This document shows positions 13,484 through 25,200 of a stretch of DNA of 64,000 bases, in pieces. The translations under genes and the position numbers were made by a program. The first letter of the stretch is position 1; each line of letters opens with the position of its first letter. The DNA comes from Chiloscyllium plagiosum (taxonomy: Eukaryota). A model generated the notes under the pieces. The model saw only the letters and a list, made by a program, of their open reading frames with translations, made no database searches and was not told the DNA's origin. The DNA lies in NCBI RefSeq assembly GCF_004010195.1, contig NC_057728.1, forward strand, positions 47,650,166 to 47,714,165. Reading direction: 5' to 3'.

Positions 13484-13715
13484 AAGTTAAAAATCACACA
13501 ATATCAGGTTATAGTCCAACAGGTTTAATTGGAAGCACACTAGCTTTCTGAGCGACGCTCTTTCATCAGGTGATGAAGGTGATCAGGAATCACCTGATGA
13601 AGGAGCGTCGCTCCGAAAGCTAGTGTGCTTCCAATTAAACCTGTTGGACTATAACCTGGTGTTGTGTGATTTTTAACTTTGTACACCCCAGTCCAACACC
13701 GGCATCTCTGAATCA
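13484..13715 (+). mobile_element. Palindromic non-autonomous Penelope-like insert (family A) with hammerhead motifs on both strands
   Basis: About 90-bp inverted arms plus a one-sided 3' tail; TSD taa(a/g)ttagaata at 13472-13483 and 13716-13727. Confidence 0.8.
13591..13625 (+). ncRNA. Minimal type I hammerhead ribozyme motif (family A)
   Basis: CAC-CUGAUGA-A-GGAGC(GUC)GCUCC-GAA-AGCU-A-GUG: intact core, 5-bp helix II, helix I CAC/GUG, palindromic AGCU helix III. Confidence 0.72.
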
Positions 13716-14455
13716 TAAGTTAGAATAGTCAGTGCTGTGACGAATAATGCACCAAGTGAGATAGAGGCAAAAAGAAAAGGGTAATTCAGAGGAAACATTA
13801 TAAATTATGAATTTTTGAAAACACTGAATAATAGAAATGATATGGTGTCACGCATGCTTAAACTCTTCTGCACCAGGATAATGTTTACTGGTAATTAGAC
13901 TTATTTTTTAAAATGCACTTTGGTTTGAACAAATTGTAATCTTTTCACACAAGTTTGAGTTGCTATTGAGCAACTACAATTTAATGCCATTGCATGTGTT
14001 TGAATGCTGAAACTCTTGAGTTGTATACTAATAGAATGGAAATAATGGAGCACCCGAGGAACTCTGAAAGTATAGTCTGTTTTTCCTGTTTAATTTCTTG
14101 TGGCTGGTTAATGTTTCTGTTGTATTTACTGTAATAACAGGGTGCCTCATTTTTAACAAATTCTGGCCATTAAAGCCTGAACATTTTACTGACAATAATA
14201 CGTGTGACATGAATATCCTATGTACTTCATTCTCTCTCTCACTCATGTTCCTTAGGGTAAAATAAACAAAATGGTGGGAAGCTTCTACCTGTTATAAAGT
14301 TTAATGTGAAATTTCGAAACATTTTCATTTGGCGTTAATACTGAAGGCTCTCTACTGATCACCATTTATTTACAGTGGTGCTTGTTTAACTGGTTTACAT
14401 GATTCCTGTTGAAGAATTATTTAACTTAGATTAATTGAATGTAACTCTCTTTCAG

Positions 14456-14556
14456 GTGATTTCCTTTTATCTAAGTTGCCTTCCCCAATCCCAACATTGC
14501 AAAGCTTTGGAAAGGTTCCCTTCCATTATGCCAACTAATGTTGGACTAGCACTAAG
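14456..14556 (+). CDS. ZFC3H1: ZFC3H1 coding exon
   Basis: ctctctttcag| acceptor, AG|gtaaat donor; VISFYLSCLPQSQHCKALERFPSIMPTNVGLAL(R). Confidence 0.93.
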
Positions 14557-14686
14557 GTAAATGTGCAAAAAATATTAATTCCTGAGATGAAAATGTTGAA
14601 TCTTTTGTTGTAGTTTTCTAAGAATTGCAAAGTGATTCATAATATATGTCTTTGTTTCAACTTATTTGTTTCATTTTCCCCTGCAG

Positions 14687-14788
14687 AATACTGGAACAGG
14701 AATGGAAGGAGGGTAATATCCAGCACCTCAAACTGCAATTGAATATGTTTACACATTCTCTGCCAATCTGTTTGCCAATTTGGAAAAT
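14687..14788 (+). CDS. ZFC3H1: ZFC3H1 coding exon
   Basis: ttttcccctgcag| acceptor, AT|gtaata donor; ILEQEWKEGNIQHLKLQLNMFTHSLPICLPIWK(I). Confidence 0.92.
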
Positions 14789-15115
14789 GTAATAACATGT
14801 TTTTATTTTTCTATTACTAATTTATTAAAATTTAACTTTAAATAGTTAATCTGTTATTGATATTTGTTTTTTTCTGATTTTGAGTAAGTTGCTTGAGACT
14901 TTTGGTAAGATTTTACTCAGTTGTCAAGCAATCAAGAAATCTGAAGTTGGACTGTCAATCGAACAATTAGTAAACTTTTGTTTAATGCCAGACTTAGTAA
15001 GTAAGCAATGGAACAATTGTTCATTTTTGCTCCTTATGAAAATTAATATTCCTAAGGCTGTCTCCCTTATTTGTAGCTTTTAAATTAAACCTCTGAAGAA
15101 AGTTCTTTAGATCCT

Positions 15116-15420
15116 TAGATTAGATCATTTACAGTGTGGAAACAGGCCCTTCGGCCCAACAAGTCCACACCGACCCGCCGAAGCGTATACCACCCAGACC
15201 CATACTCCTACATTTACCCCTTCACTTAACACTACGGACAATTTAGCATGGTCAATTCACCTAACCTGCACATTTTTGGATTGTGGGAGGAAACCGGAGC
15301 ACCCGGAGGAAACCCACGCAGACACTGGGAGAGTGTGCAAACTCCACACACAGTCGCCTGAGGCGGGAATTGAATTCGGGTCTCTGGCGCTGTGCTAACC
15401 ACTGTGCCACCGTGCCGCCC
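15116..15420 (-). mobile_element. tRNA-derived V-SINE (HE1-like)
   Basis: Head gggcggcacggtggcacagtggttagcac, central core tctgcgtgggtttcctccgggtgctccgg, (ATCTA)n tail. Confidence 0.9.
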
Positions 15421-15516
15421 ACTTTGTAAACCAATGTGTGGTGCTTTCTAGTGTTGTAAAGTCGAATCCAGAAGTTTCAATATTACTAAATGTGTTTTTG
15501 TTTTTCTTTGCATTAG

Positions 15517-15559
15517 AGCCATAGCTGTTGAAAGCATGTTGAAGGACCATCAAAATGAG
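15517..15559 (+). CDS. ZFC3H1: ZFC3H1 small coding exon (43 nt)
   Basis: cattag| acceptor after a pyrimidine tract, GAG|gtaagt donor; AIAVESMLKDHQNE. Confidence 0.9.
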
Positions 15560-16064
15560 GTAAGTGCATGTGTTTCACATTTTAATGTTCTTATGCACAA
15601 TTTTTTAAAAAACTTCTTATATGTAACTTAAAAATCAAATTGTAATAATTTTACTTCTGTGCAGCAGACTACATTCCAGGCAATCCTGTCTTCCTGCTTC
15701 AAAAAATTAGTTTTGATTTTGCAAGTTTTGATTGACTGATTAGTAATGCAGCTCACTGTTGCTCTTTGCTATAAGAACACATGTAGATCATGATGCCAGT
15801 TGTCTATTCCAGCATTCAGTATAATATCGAGCCATATGGACTTCACAGCAACTTTCCAACCCACTTTCTACTTCCTTTGCTGTATGTACATAATGCTGTG
15901 TATATATTGAGTATTTTCCCTTCTTTTAAATGGTAGCTTTGCTCACAGATTTACTTTGAGTCTTTTTTCATGTAATAATTGTGGCTTTTGTAGCAGTTCT
16001 GTACTATTGTTTCCCATGAGTATCTCCACACAAGTGCTCCCACTTGCCATTTGCTATTTTTCAG

Positions 16065-16127
16065 GTTCGGCAGCTTTACCAGCGAGCACTTAAGAAGTTA
16101 CCCCTTTGTGCAACGCTCTGGAAAGAT
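16065..16127 (+). CDS. ZFC3H1: ZFC3H1 coding exon
   Basis: tttttcag| acceptor, GAT|gtaaag donor; VRQLYQRALKKLPLCATLWKD. Confidence 0.94.
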
Positions 16128-16385
16128 GTAAAGTTTCCCATTATATTTTTCTTTGATTTTTATTTTCTATATTTAGATTTTGTACAGATATGATTTTAGG
16201 TATTTGAGCTCTGATCTAGTTTACAATTGGGAGTGGGCAGTAAATGCTGGCCTAGCCAGTGCTGACATTCCATGAATGAATTTAAAAAAAAAAATACATT
16301 GTTATAAACGCAACCATTTCCAGTGACAAGGTAATTTTTAATTGGTGGCTAGGTCTTACTTAAGTGCTTCCCCTATCTCTTTCAG

Positions 16386-16517
16386 CAACTCTTGTTTGAA
16401 GCTTCAGAAGGAGGTAAAACTGATAATCTCAGAAAACTAGTTACCAGGTGTCAGGAGATTGGCGTCAGCTTAGATGAGCTCTTAAATTTAAGCCCTTCCC
16501 AGAACAGAGGGCAATGA
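16386..16517 (+). CDS. ZFC3H1: ZFC3H1 last coding exon with TGA stop
   Basis: ctctttcag| acceptor; QLLFEASEGGKTDNLRKLVTRCQEIGVSLDELLNLSPSQNRGQ*, near-identical to the recalled human ZFC3H1 C-terminus. Confidence 0.96.
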   Translation, partial: QLLFEASEGGKTDNLRKLVTRCQEIGVSLDELLNLSPSQNRGQ

Positions 16518-17288
16518 TTACAGAGCGTAAAAATGTTTCCCGATCCCCCTACGTAAAAGAGGTGGCTCGTCAAGACTTGGCTGGTCTGTAGCTGCTATCT
16601 GCAAATGCAGATAATAATCAGTGGAGATGCACATGTCCTCCTCAACGGCTTTCTTCTCTACGTGGTCAAAAATCTTGGAGTTTACGAACCAGTGACCCAA
16701 AACAAGATCAATGAACTCCTACTTGGCCTCTGGGCCCTGTCAGATTGTCGTAACATCACGTCCGTAAGTATGGTACCTCAGAATGATGAATTATTTTTTA
16801 AATGTCGTGTGTCTTTAGTCTTTATACGAACTGCTGCATGTAAAGTTGGCTAATTTTAGTGCAGTTCTATGCACATGAATAAGGCAGTTTCAATTTTTTT
16901 GTTTTCTTTTCTCCCCCTCCCTTGTTAAACTTCTGTTTGAGATTTTTTATTACAGGTTCAAAAGCAGCAGGTTTCACAGAAAAAAGTGTTATTGCCTTGG
17001 TAGAAAGTCCAAAGTGACTGCTTTGCCAGGTGAAGATTCCAGGAGGGGTTGCATAACACCCTTTCTCATATTCAGTGTGGTGGACTTGCTGCTGCAGAGA
17101 CTCTTTGTTTTATGTATTAACATACTTGAAGACAAAATCTACTGCAGTGGAAAAGTTGGAACACTAAAATTTATGCATGCCAGTGCATCAGTTCTGAGGC
17201 TGGTCAAAATTTATGTGCAATCTTGTTTTGTGAGAATTTATTTATTTTATGGTTTGAGGAAAACTTGAAGAGTGACAAGTATTTGACA

Positions 17289-17294
17289 AATAAA
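17289..17294 (+). promoter_or_regulatory. Candidate ZFC3H1 polyadenylation signal
   Basis: AATAAA about 770 nt after the stop, followed by T/GT-rich sequence. Confidence 0.55.
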
Positions 17295-18559
17295 CTTTTG
17301 TACTAAATACTTTGTAAGTATTCTTATACAATGTGTTTATATTTGATTATTTTCAATACATGCTTTATCAAGAAAAGGAGTCTGTCTTTTCTTTTATATC
17401 CTCATTACATAGTGTGGGCAAAGTAACCTGTTGGTTGTGCACACATTTGAGTTTAGCAATAAGTAGTGGAGAAATGATACATTGATCAATTAATTCTTAG
17501 ATAAGCTGGGTATCGATGATACTACAAACTGATTAAAATGTTGGTTTTTCACGCAGAAAAAGCACTGAAAGCACTTCCACAGCAAATAAATTATGTAATA
17601 TAGACAAAACCAATTTTTATCCTGCTTTGTCCTGATGACAATGACATAAGCTAACAGTTAAACTGTAAGATTGAGGTATAAACCTCACTCAGGTCATCAG
17701 GACCAGTGTTTTTCCAATGAAAGCAAAGACTTGGATTTACATTTCATCTTTCACAATATCATGTCATCAAAGCAAACAGCAACTTTGAAGTATGACCACT
17801 GAACAAACCATAGCAGCAAAATTACAAATCTCTCAAATAAAATTTGTAAAAGACCAGAATTAGTTTTAGCTAAATATTGCCTAGAACACCAAAGATAACT
17901 CACTTGGTTTTTGCCATAGAACTGAGATCTTTTAAGTTCACCTGAGGTGAAGACAGTCTCTTGGTTTAATGGTTGTCTCAAAGAAAACAACTCTGCCAGT
18001 GCAGTACAGTTCTTGAGCATCAGGCTAAATTTTGTCCTATTCTGGAATGCAACCTGAAAGTGCAACCACCTTAAATAGTGAAAGAGATTAGTAAAATGGG
18101 GATGTTTTATGTGCATATGATGGGCTCACACTTCAAAATTTTCCAAAAAGGACAAGTAATGAACTCCCTCAACATTGGTGTGTCATCGTGAATCGTATGC
18201 TCAGTGCTTTGAACTTACGATCTTCTGACTGTCAAGAATGTTACCACTGAACTAAGATACCCCTCCCCAAATTGGTCTCAATTGGTTTACCAGTTTAATG
18301 TATTATTCTTCAACCTGATTCAACGGCCAGGATTTTCAATTATGGTGCATTGCAGAGTTCATAATAACAATAAAGTAGTAACAACTTTGAGTTAACCATA
18401 TCTATTAAATCACACAGTTTCAATGTATTACTGTTTTACTTGCCAAGTAGGGTTCGAAGTCTCGTGTTTGCCTCAGATTTGGAATATAAGACCATATGAT
18501 ATGGAGCAGAAGTCAGTCATTCAGCTTATCAAGTGTGCTCCACCATTCATTGAGATAAT

Positions 18560-18793
18560 GTGTGCAGCTTGCACATTCTCCCCATGTCTGCGTGGGTTTC
18601 CTCTGGGTGCTCCGGTTTCCTCCCAAATTCCAAAGATGTGCAGTTCAGGTGAATTGGCCATGCCAAATTGCCCATAATGTTAGGTATATTAATCAGAGGG
18701 AAATGGGACTGGGTGGGTTACTCTTCGGAGGGTTGGTGTGGACTTGTTGGGCCGAAGAGCCTGCTTCCACGCTGTAGGGAATCTAATCTAATC
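18560..18793 (+). mobile_element. 5'-truncated V-SINE (HE1-like)
   Basis: Core and atctaatcta tail as in the other copies. Confidence 0.85.
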
Positions 18794-19640
18794 ATAATGG
18801 CTAATCTGATATCTTCAACTCCACTTTCTTGCTTTAATCTCATAACCCTTGATTCCCTTAATTATTAAAAATTTGCCTTAGCCTTGCGTATAATTAGTCA
18901 TTCAGCCTTGACTGCCCTCTGTAGTAAAGGTTTCCACAGATTCATCACCCTCAAAAGAAAATTCCTTATTTGTCATTACATTTTTTTTAAAATGGCACGG
19001 GAGTATACCATTTGGCACTTCAAGTTTCCTGTACCTTCTACCTGTCTTCACCTATTCCCACTTCGCCACCCTGACCCTGCCACCCCCTTTATCTGCAGCT
19101 GTCCCTACACCCACCCCACTCCCAAAGAAGGGTTGCACCCAAAATGTTGTCTTCAGTGTAATCGTGGCTGAACGTACCTTATTTCCTCCTGATCCATTTA
19201 GCTCTTTTTAAAAAAAAGTATTTAACGCTTTGAAAACATTCAATGTTTTGGCCTTATCTGTTTTCTTTGCAGTGAATTTTCCAAGCTCACCACTCTAGGT
19301 GAAGAAACTTCTCATCTTAGTAATAAATGGTGCATACCATATCCTTAACTGACCTCTGGCTTTGGTCTTCCTGATCATCAGGAACATCCTTGTTTACCAT
19401 GTGTAGTCCTATTAGAATTTTATAGGTTTTGAGACTCCTCCCTCATTCATCCACATCAGTGATTATAATTGGTAACCGATCACATGTTAGTCTTGTCGTC
19501 CCAGGAAAGGATGACTCCTTACAGAGATTATGTCCACTGGTCCTAGATGCACCCACAAGGAGAAACAATATATATATATCCTGTTTTCTGATGTGGATGA
19601 GTTACAAAATGTCAACGCAGGCTGTACTTGGTAGTCATGG

Positions 19641-20160
19641 GTGTAGGTTTGCTCACGAAGCTGGAAGGTTCATTTTCAAATGTTTTGTCACCATCGTAGG
19701 TAACATCTTCAGTGAGCCTCTAGACGAAGCATTGCTGGTGTTTCCTGCTTTCTCTTTATATGTTTGAGTTTCCTTGCATTGGTGATGTCGTTACCTGTTC
19801 TTTTTCTCAGAGGGTGATAAATGGGATCCAAGTCAATATGTTTGTTGATAGAGTTCCAGTTGGAATGCCATGCTTCTAGGAATTCTTGTGCATGTCTCTC
19901 TTTGGCTTGTCCGAGGATGGATGTGTTGTCCCAGTCGACCCACTGAGAAAAGGAACAGGAAATTGCATCATAGAAAATGACGTCACCAACCCAAGGAAGG
20001 CCAAGCGCATAAATAGAAAGCAGGAAGTACCGGCATTGCCTCATCTGGAGGTTCACTGAAGATGTTACCTAATATGGTGACAAAACATCTGAAAATGAAC
20101 CTTCCAGCTCATTGAGCAAACCTACATCCAGAACCTCAACTTGAACTCCGCATCTTGTCA
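19641..20160. mobile_element. Penelope-like element 3' fragment with inverted duplicated end (family D)
   Basis: - strand encodes a GIY-YIG C-terminus (DWDNTSILGQAKERHAQEFLEAWHSNWNSINKHIDLDPIY); 19641-19810 is repeated inverted at about 19945-20130. Confidence 0.85.
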
Positions 20161-21039
20161 AGACTTGTTGATACAGTCATGCTTGGTAGTTCATTGGTGA
20201 AAACTTATCTTTTTTTTTTAATATTACAGTGGTCGAGCACTTTTGTTAGGGAACTGGCAGTTGCTACTGTGTAGATTGAAGTTGTACTTCAGGATCATGC
20301 AAAAGTCCTGATGCAGCAAAAATTGCCCAGGAGATTGAGATGTTCAATAGGCAATTACCCCACTGCAAAGTCTCTGCAAAGTAATCAACTGAGTTAGAAT
20401 TGGAGGCTTCTAACTGCCTTTGCTTTGTAGTTATCCATGCAAATCCATTAAACCTGCTGTAATTCAACTATTTAAAGTGACACTTCCTAACATGTTACTG
20501 ACTGCCGCACCCATCCCTCTGATTTTTCCCAACAAAATACCCTGACAGCCATCTCTGAAGCTAGCACCCTCCAATTCCCTAGTGCCTCGACTCCCTTTAT
20601 GCTCCTCCACCCTTACCGACCTAAGCCCTTAACTATTTGTCAAGCAACCATTTGTTCCCCAAGCACCTCACCTCTCAGCAGCTGTAAGAGTGGGTCGAGA
20701 ACAAAAATGGCTGAATTGCTGGGTTAAATGCTGATCCATTTTGCTGCTAGCTGCACAATCCTGCAAGATGCTAGACTGTTTCAACTGAGAAATATTTGGG
20801 ACTGGCAGTTTGGAGGGAAAAGTCCTCTAAAGGTAAACTTGCATTATTTTGACTGATTCGCATCAGAAACCCAAATGTACAGCTGGATTGCAGCCATATT
20901 CTTGGTTTCCAGCTATGGAATTAGTTGGAAGTTGTGACTTTAGTATATTCCTACAGTTTCTGTACCCATTTCTTCTGTAGCACTTGAATCTATTGTTTCA
21001 TAAATACATGTATTTTATGAATCACTTGGCTGCTAATCT

Positions 21040-21335
21040 GGCATCATAGCTAATATTCTGGGGACGTAACTTTGAGACTGCCTGGAAGATGGTGAAATTT
21101 GAATTCAATAAAAATTTGGAATAAACAGTTTTGGCGTGGCAGTGACCATCTAATCATTGCTAGTTGTGATAAAAAGCTATCAGGCTTACTAATGTCCTTT
21201 CGGCAAGAATCTGATCTGGTCTGTGTCATACTTGAGCCACAACAACATGGGCTAACTCTTAACAGTAATAACAGGAGATGAGCAATAAATGCTGGACTAG
21301 CCAGTAACACCCACATCTCATGAATGAATGATAAA
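21040..21335 (+). mobile_element. SINE with tail gcaataaatgctggactagccagtaacacccacatctcatgaatgaatg
   Basis: Same family as 50188-50530 (-); tail shared with the LINE at 47940-49100. Confidence 0.6.
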
Positions 21336-21840
21336 AACAAGTTATTAAGCAATCTATGCATTCGCTACTATTTAACTGGACCTAATGATGTGGTGTAACT
21401 TTAGTTCTAAAGTTATTTGTTATTTCAGTGCAGAAAGCAGTCCCTTGTCTCAACTAGATTGCTGGCTTTCCATAGAGCATTCCAATCAGTGCCCTGCTCT
21501 ATGCCTGTACCCTTCCAATTTCTTTTGAATTGCATTAAATAATTGATCTTCATTTTCACCAATCTTGTTCCAGGTCATATACCACCTCCCTATGTCTTTT
21601 ATCTGAAGATTTAGCTGTCCTCTAATCTTTATATGATGGGAGCAACATTTTGTCTACCTCAGCTAAATTAGACTTCAATGTTGTGGATGACTATCAAATC
21701 TTAATTGAACTGCCTTGCTTGAAAGAGAGCGATTTTAAAATCCTCATCTTAATATCCTAGGAAAATTCTTCAAACCTTTCCCGATCTAGTAATCTCTCCT
21801 GCAACTTCTCATGAGCCCGTGTGCTTCCTGAAGCATGGTG

Positions 21841-22147
21841 ATTAGATTAGATTACTTACAGTGTGGAAACAGGCCCTTCGGCCCAACAAGTCCACACCGA
21901 CCCGCCGAAGCGCAACCCACCCATACCCTTACATTTAACCTAACACTACGGGCAATTTAGCATAGCCAATTCACCTGACCTGCACATTTTTGGATTGTGG
22001 GAGGAAACCGGAGCACCCGGAGGAAACCCACGCAGACACGGGGAGAATGTGCAAACTCCACACAGTCAGTCGCCTGAGTCGGGAATTGAACCCGGGTCTC
22101 TGGCGCTGTGAGGCAGCAGTGCTAACCACTGTGCTACCGTGTCGCCC
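21841..22147 (-). mobile_element. Young full-length V-SINE (HE1-like)
   Basis: CpG-rich; intact tRNA-like head with A/B boxes, central core and (ATCTA)n tail. Confidence 0.92.
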
Positions 22148-22452
22148 AGACTAGAACATACTGCAGTTATGGCAGACAATGAACTTTTCAAGGTGTATGA
22201 CACTTGTCCTGCTTTTGTACTCTACCTTTTTCTAAAGCCCAGGATACTATTTGCTGATTTGTTGTTTTTGTTATTTCCTGTGACGAGATGTATTTTTACA
22301 TGTCATGTTTGGAGTTGAAAATAGAGGCAGATGTTGGTTATTATGTGAAGAGTTTCTTTTAAAAAATGTTGAGTCCTTCTATAACAGTGCTTCAAATTCA
22401 ACATTTTGTCAGATGAGGTGACTGTGGACCCTTGTGGTGTTCATACAATTCT

Positions 22453-22700
22453 GACAGTGTGGAAACAGGCCATTTGGCTCAATAAGTCCACACCAACCCA
22501 TTCCCCTACATTTCCTGTGACCTACACATCCCTGAACACTGGGCAATTTAAATTGGCCAATTCACCTAACCTGCACATCTTTGGACTGTGGGACAAAACC
22601 CATACAGACGGGGAGAATGTGCAAACTCCACAGTTGCCCGTGGCTGGAATCAAACCTGGATCGCTTGTACTGTGAGGCAACAGTGCTGACCACTGTGCCA
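22453..22700 (-). mobile_element. V-SINE (HE1-like), internally deleted
   Basis: Similarity to 21841-22147. Confidence 0.85.
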
Positions 22701-22887
22701 ATGGAAAGATATTTGTGTTCGCCACATAGTGTAAACATAGAGCATTGACCTGTGTTTTTAGATAAGCAGAATCTGTGCAAGTTTTTAAGTTCAGAAGACA
22801 CCAGTTTTGAATTTAGAGGCAAGGTTGAGTTTTCTCCTCTCCAAAGGAATTTAGTGCAGTTCAGGGACGAGTCACCCTAGCAGAAGT

Positions 22888-23083
22888 AGGCAAAAGTGAG
22901 GACTGCAGATGCTGGAGACCAGAATCTAGATTAGAGTGGTGCTGAAAAGCACAGTAGGTCAGGCAGCATCCAAAGACCAGGAAAATCGATGTTTTGTGCA
23001 AAAGCCCTTCATCAGGAATTCGATTCTCCTACTTCTCAGATGCTGCCTGACCTGCTGTGCTTTTCCAGTTCCACTCCGACCTC
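22888..23083. mobile_element. Fold-back Penelope-derived insert (family B)
   Basis: Inverted arms about ggaattcg (about 23015-23022); TSD agcagaagt at 22879-22887 and 23084-23092. Confidence 0.78.
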
Positions 23084-23149
23084 AGCAGAAGTGTTTATTT
23101 GGTAAAACTTTAATACCAGGAGACTTTGATTAGAAATTTGCAGGTTCTT

Positions 23150-23650
23150 AGAATCAAAAAAGTTCATAAGGTAAAAGAGCAGAATTAGGACATTTGGCCC
23201 ATTAAGTCTGCTCCGCCATTCAATCATGGCTGATATGCTCCTCACTCCCATTTTCCTGCCTTCGTTCTATATCCCTTCAATCCATCACCAATTAAAAAGT
23301 TTTCTAACACTTCGTTAAATTTACTCATTATCCCAGCATCCACCGCCATTTGAGGTAGTGAATTCCACAGATTCACAATCCTTTGGGAGAAATAGTTTCT
23401 CCTCAACTCTGTTTTAAATTTGCCACCCCCCACTTGTCCTAAGATTATGACCTCTCGTCCTGAAATGCTCCACAAGAGGAAGCATCTGCTCCTGTTTATT
23501 TTATCCACTTCTTTTATCATCTTGAATGCCTCAATTTGATCTTCCCTCATTCTTCTAAATTCTAAAGAGTATAGGCCTAAACTGTTCAATCTTTCTTCAT
23601 CCAACAAACCTTTCTTCTCTGGGATCAATATAGTGAACCTCCTCTGAACT
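23150..23650 (-). mobile_element. CR1 LINE 3' end
   Basis: VQRRFTILIP...LGLYSLEFRRMREDQIEAFKM...FSQRIVNLWNSLP. Confidence 0.88.
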
Positions 23651-23659
23651 GTGTGTATA

Positions 23660-24340
23660 TGGTTTTGCTCATGCTGGGTATTGGGTCCTTCGTTCTGGTG
23701 CGTTGTTGTCTGAGAGTGGCTGTTGGTTTGTGTGCTGTTGTGAGTCCTAATGGTCGCAGTAGTCTGGCTGTCAAACCAACCGCCACTCTCAGACAACAAC
23801 TCACCAGCATGAAGGACCCGATACCCAGCATGAGCAAAACCAATGTAGTGTACAAAATCCCACGCAAGGACTGTACAAAACACTACATAGGACAAACAGG
23901 AAGACAGTTAACAATCTGCATCCACGAACACCAAGTAGCCACGAAACGACACAACCAGCTATCCTTAGTAGCCACACACGCAGATGACAAGCAACATGAA
24001 TTCGACTGGGACAACACTACTATTATAGGACAAGCCAAACAGAGAACAGCCAGGGAATTCCTAGAGGCATGGCACTCATCCACAGATTCAATCAATAAAC
24101 ACATCGACCTGGACCCAATATACCGACCACTGCAACGGACAGCTGGAACTGATAACCGGAAACGGTAAATTCAAACCACTACAAATGCTGGAGGAAAGAT
24201 CACAGAAGCGCTTCACAGGAGGCTCTCAAGCACTGAGGATGTCACCTAGACAGGGGATGAAACGTTTGCAACACAAATTCCCAGCTCGGCGAACAGAGCC
24301 ACAACAAGCACCCGAGCTACAAATCTTCTCACAAACTTTG
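23660..24340 (+). mobile_element. Penelope-like element 3' part with GIY-YIG endonuclease and 5' inversion (family C)
   Basis: NVVYKIPRKDCTKHYIGQTGRQLTICIHEH...REFLEAWHS (GIY-YIG); stop at 24166-24168; hammerhead motif in the 3' UTR. Confidence 0.9.
24230..24269 (+). ncRNA. Minimal hammerhead ribozyme motif (family C)
   Basis: GCA-CUGAGGA-U-GUCACCU(AGAC)AGGGGAU-GAA-ACGU-U-UGC: helix I GCA/UGC, palindromic ACGU. Confidence 0.68.
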
Positions 24341-24899
24341 AAGATTAACCTTTGTTTTCCCCTGCCACTCCTACTGAATGCTTCCAGAATTTTCTGTATT
24401 AACTCTGAACACTTCCTAACATCATATTTACATTTCTCTGAGCTGAGTATTCAATTCAACAGCATTTCAAAACTGGAAATGTATCTTTGGTATACAGTAC
24501 TAAGTCACAATGATTTAATTATCTATGACGTGATAGCATTTAAAGTTTGCAGATTTCAGATTATGATCAATAATATTTCTCATGGCTAAATTTCAGTCTG
24601 GCCAATAAAATGAAACTTAATGGGAAGCACACATAGGATAGTGGAGCAATGGTGATTGTAATCTCCAGTCTTTTTACACAGTGGTAGATGTAGCAGGAAG
24701 CCAAGCTAGCACAGATGTTAATGTGGTCAACACGTTCCAGAAATGTTTCACATCTGGGTAAAGTCACAAGTAAGAATATTGAAGCGTATGTCCAGTCAGA
24801 AAAGCAGTGATTCTATGCTCAACGAACTAAATATAAGCACATATCTGAAGACAGTGAAATCATGATGAGTGAAATTCAGATAACGCAGAATTTTGGTTT

Positions 24900-25200
24900 T
24901 GGAGTCACACTGCATGGAAACAGACCCTTTGGTCCAACCCATTCACACTGACCATAATCCCGAACCAAACTAATTCCACCTGCTTGCACTTGGCCCATAT
25001 CCCTCCAACCATTTCATATTCATGTACTTATCTAAGTGCCTTTTAAACTTGTAATGTACCTGTATCCACAACTTCCTCTGGAAGTTCATTCTGTGCATGA
25101 ACCACATGCCTCACATGTCTTTTTCCTCTCACCTTAAAAAATATGCCCCCCCCCCAATCTTGAAATCCCCTATCCTAGGAAGAAGACACCTGCACATTAT
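24900..25200 (-). mobile_element. CR1 3' tail fragment
   Basis: Similar to 75-350 (gcatggaaacagacccttt...). Confidence 0.75.

Noticed and set aside
23242..23895. 217-aa - strand ORF
   Set aside because: Chance fusion of out-of-frame Penelope sequence to a CR1 RT tail.
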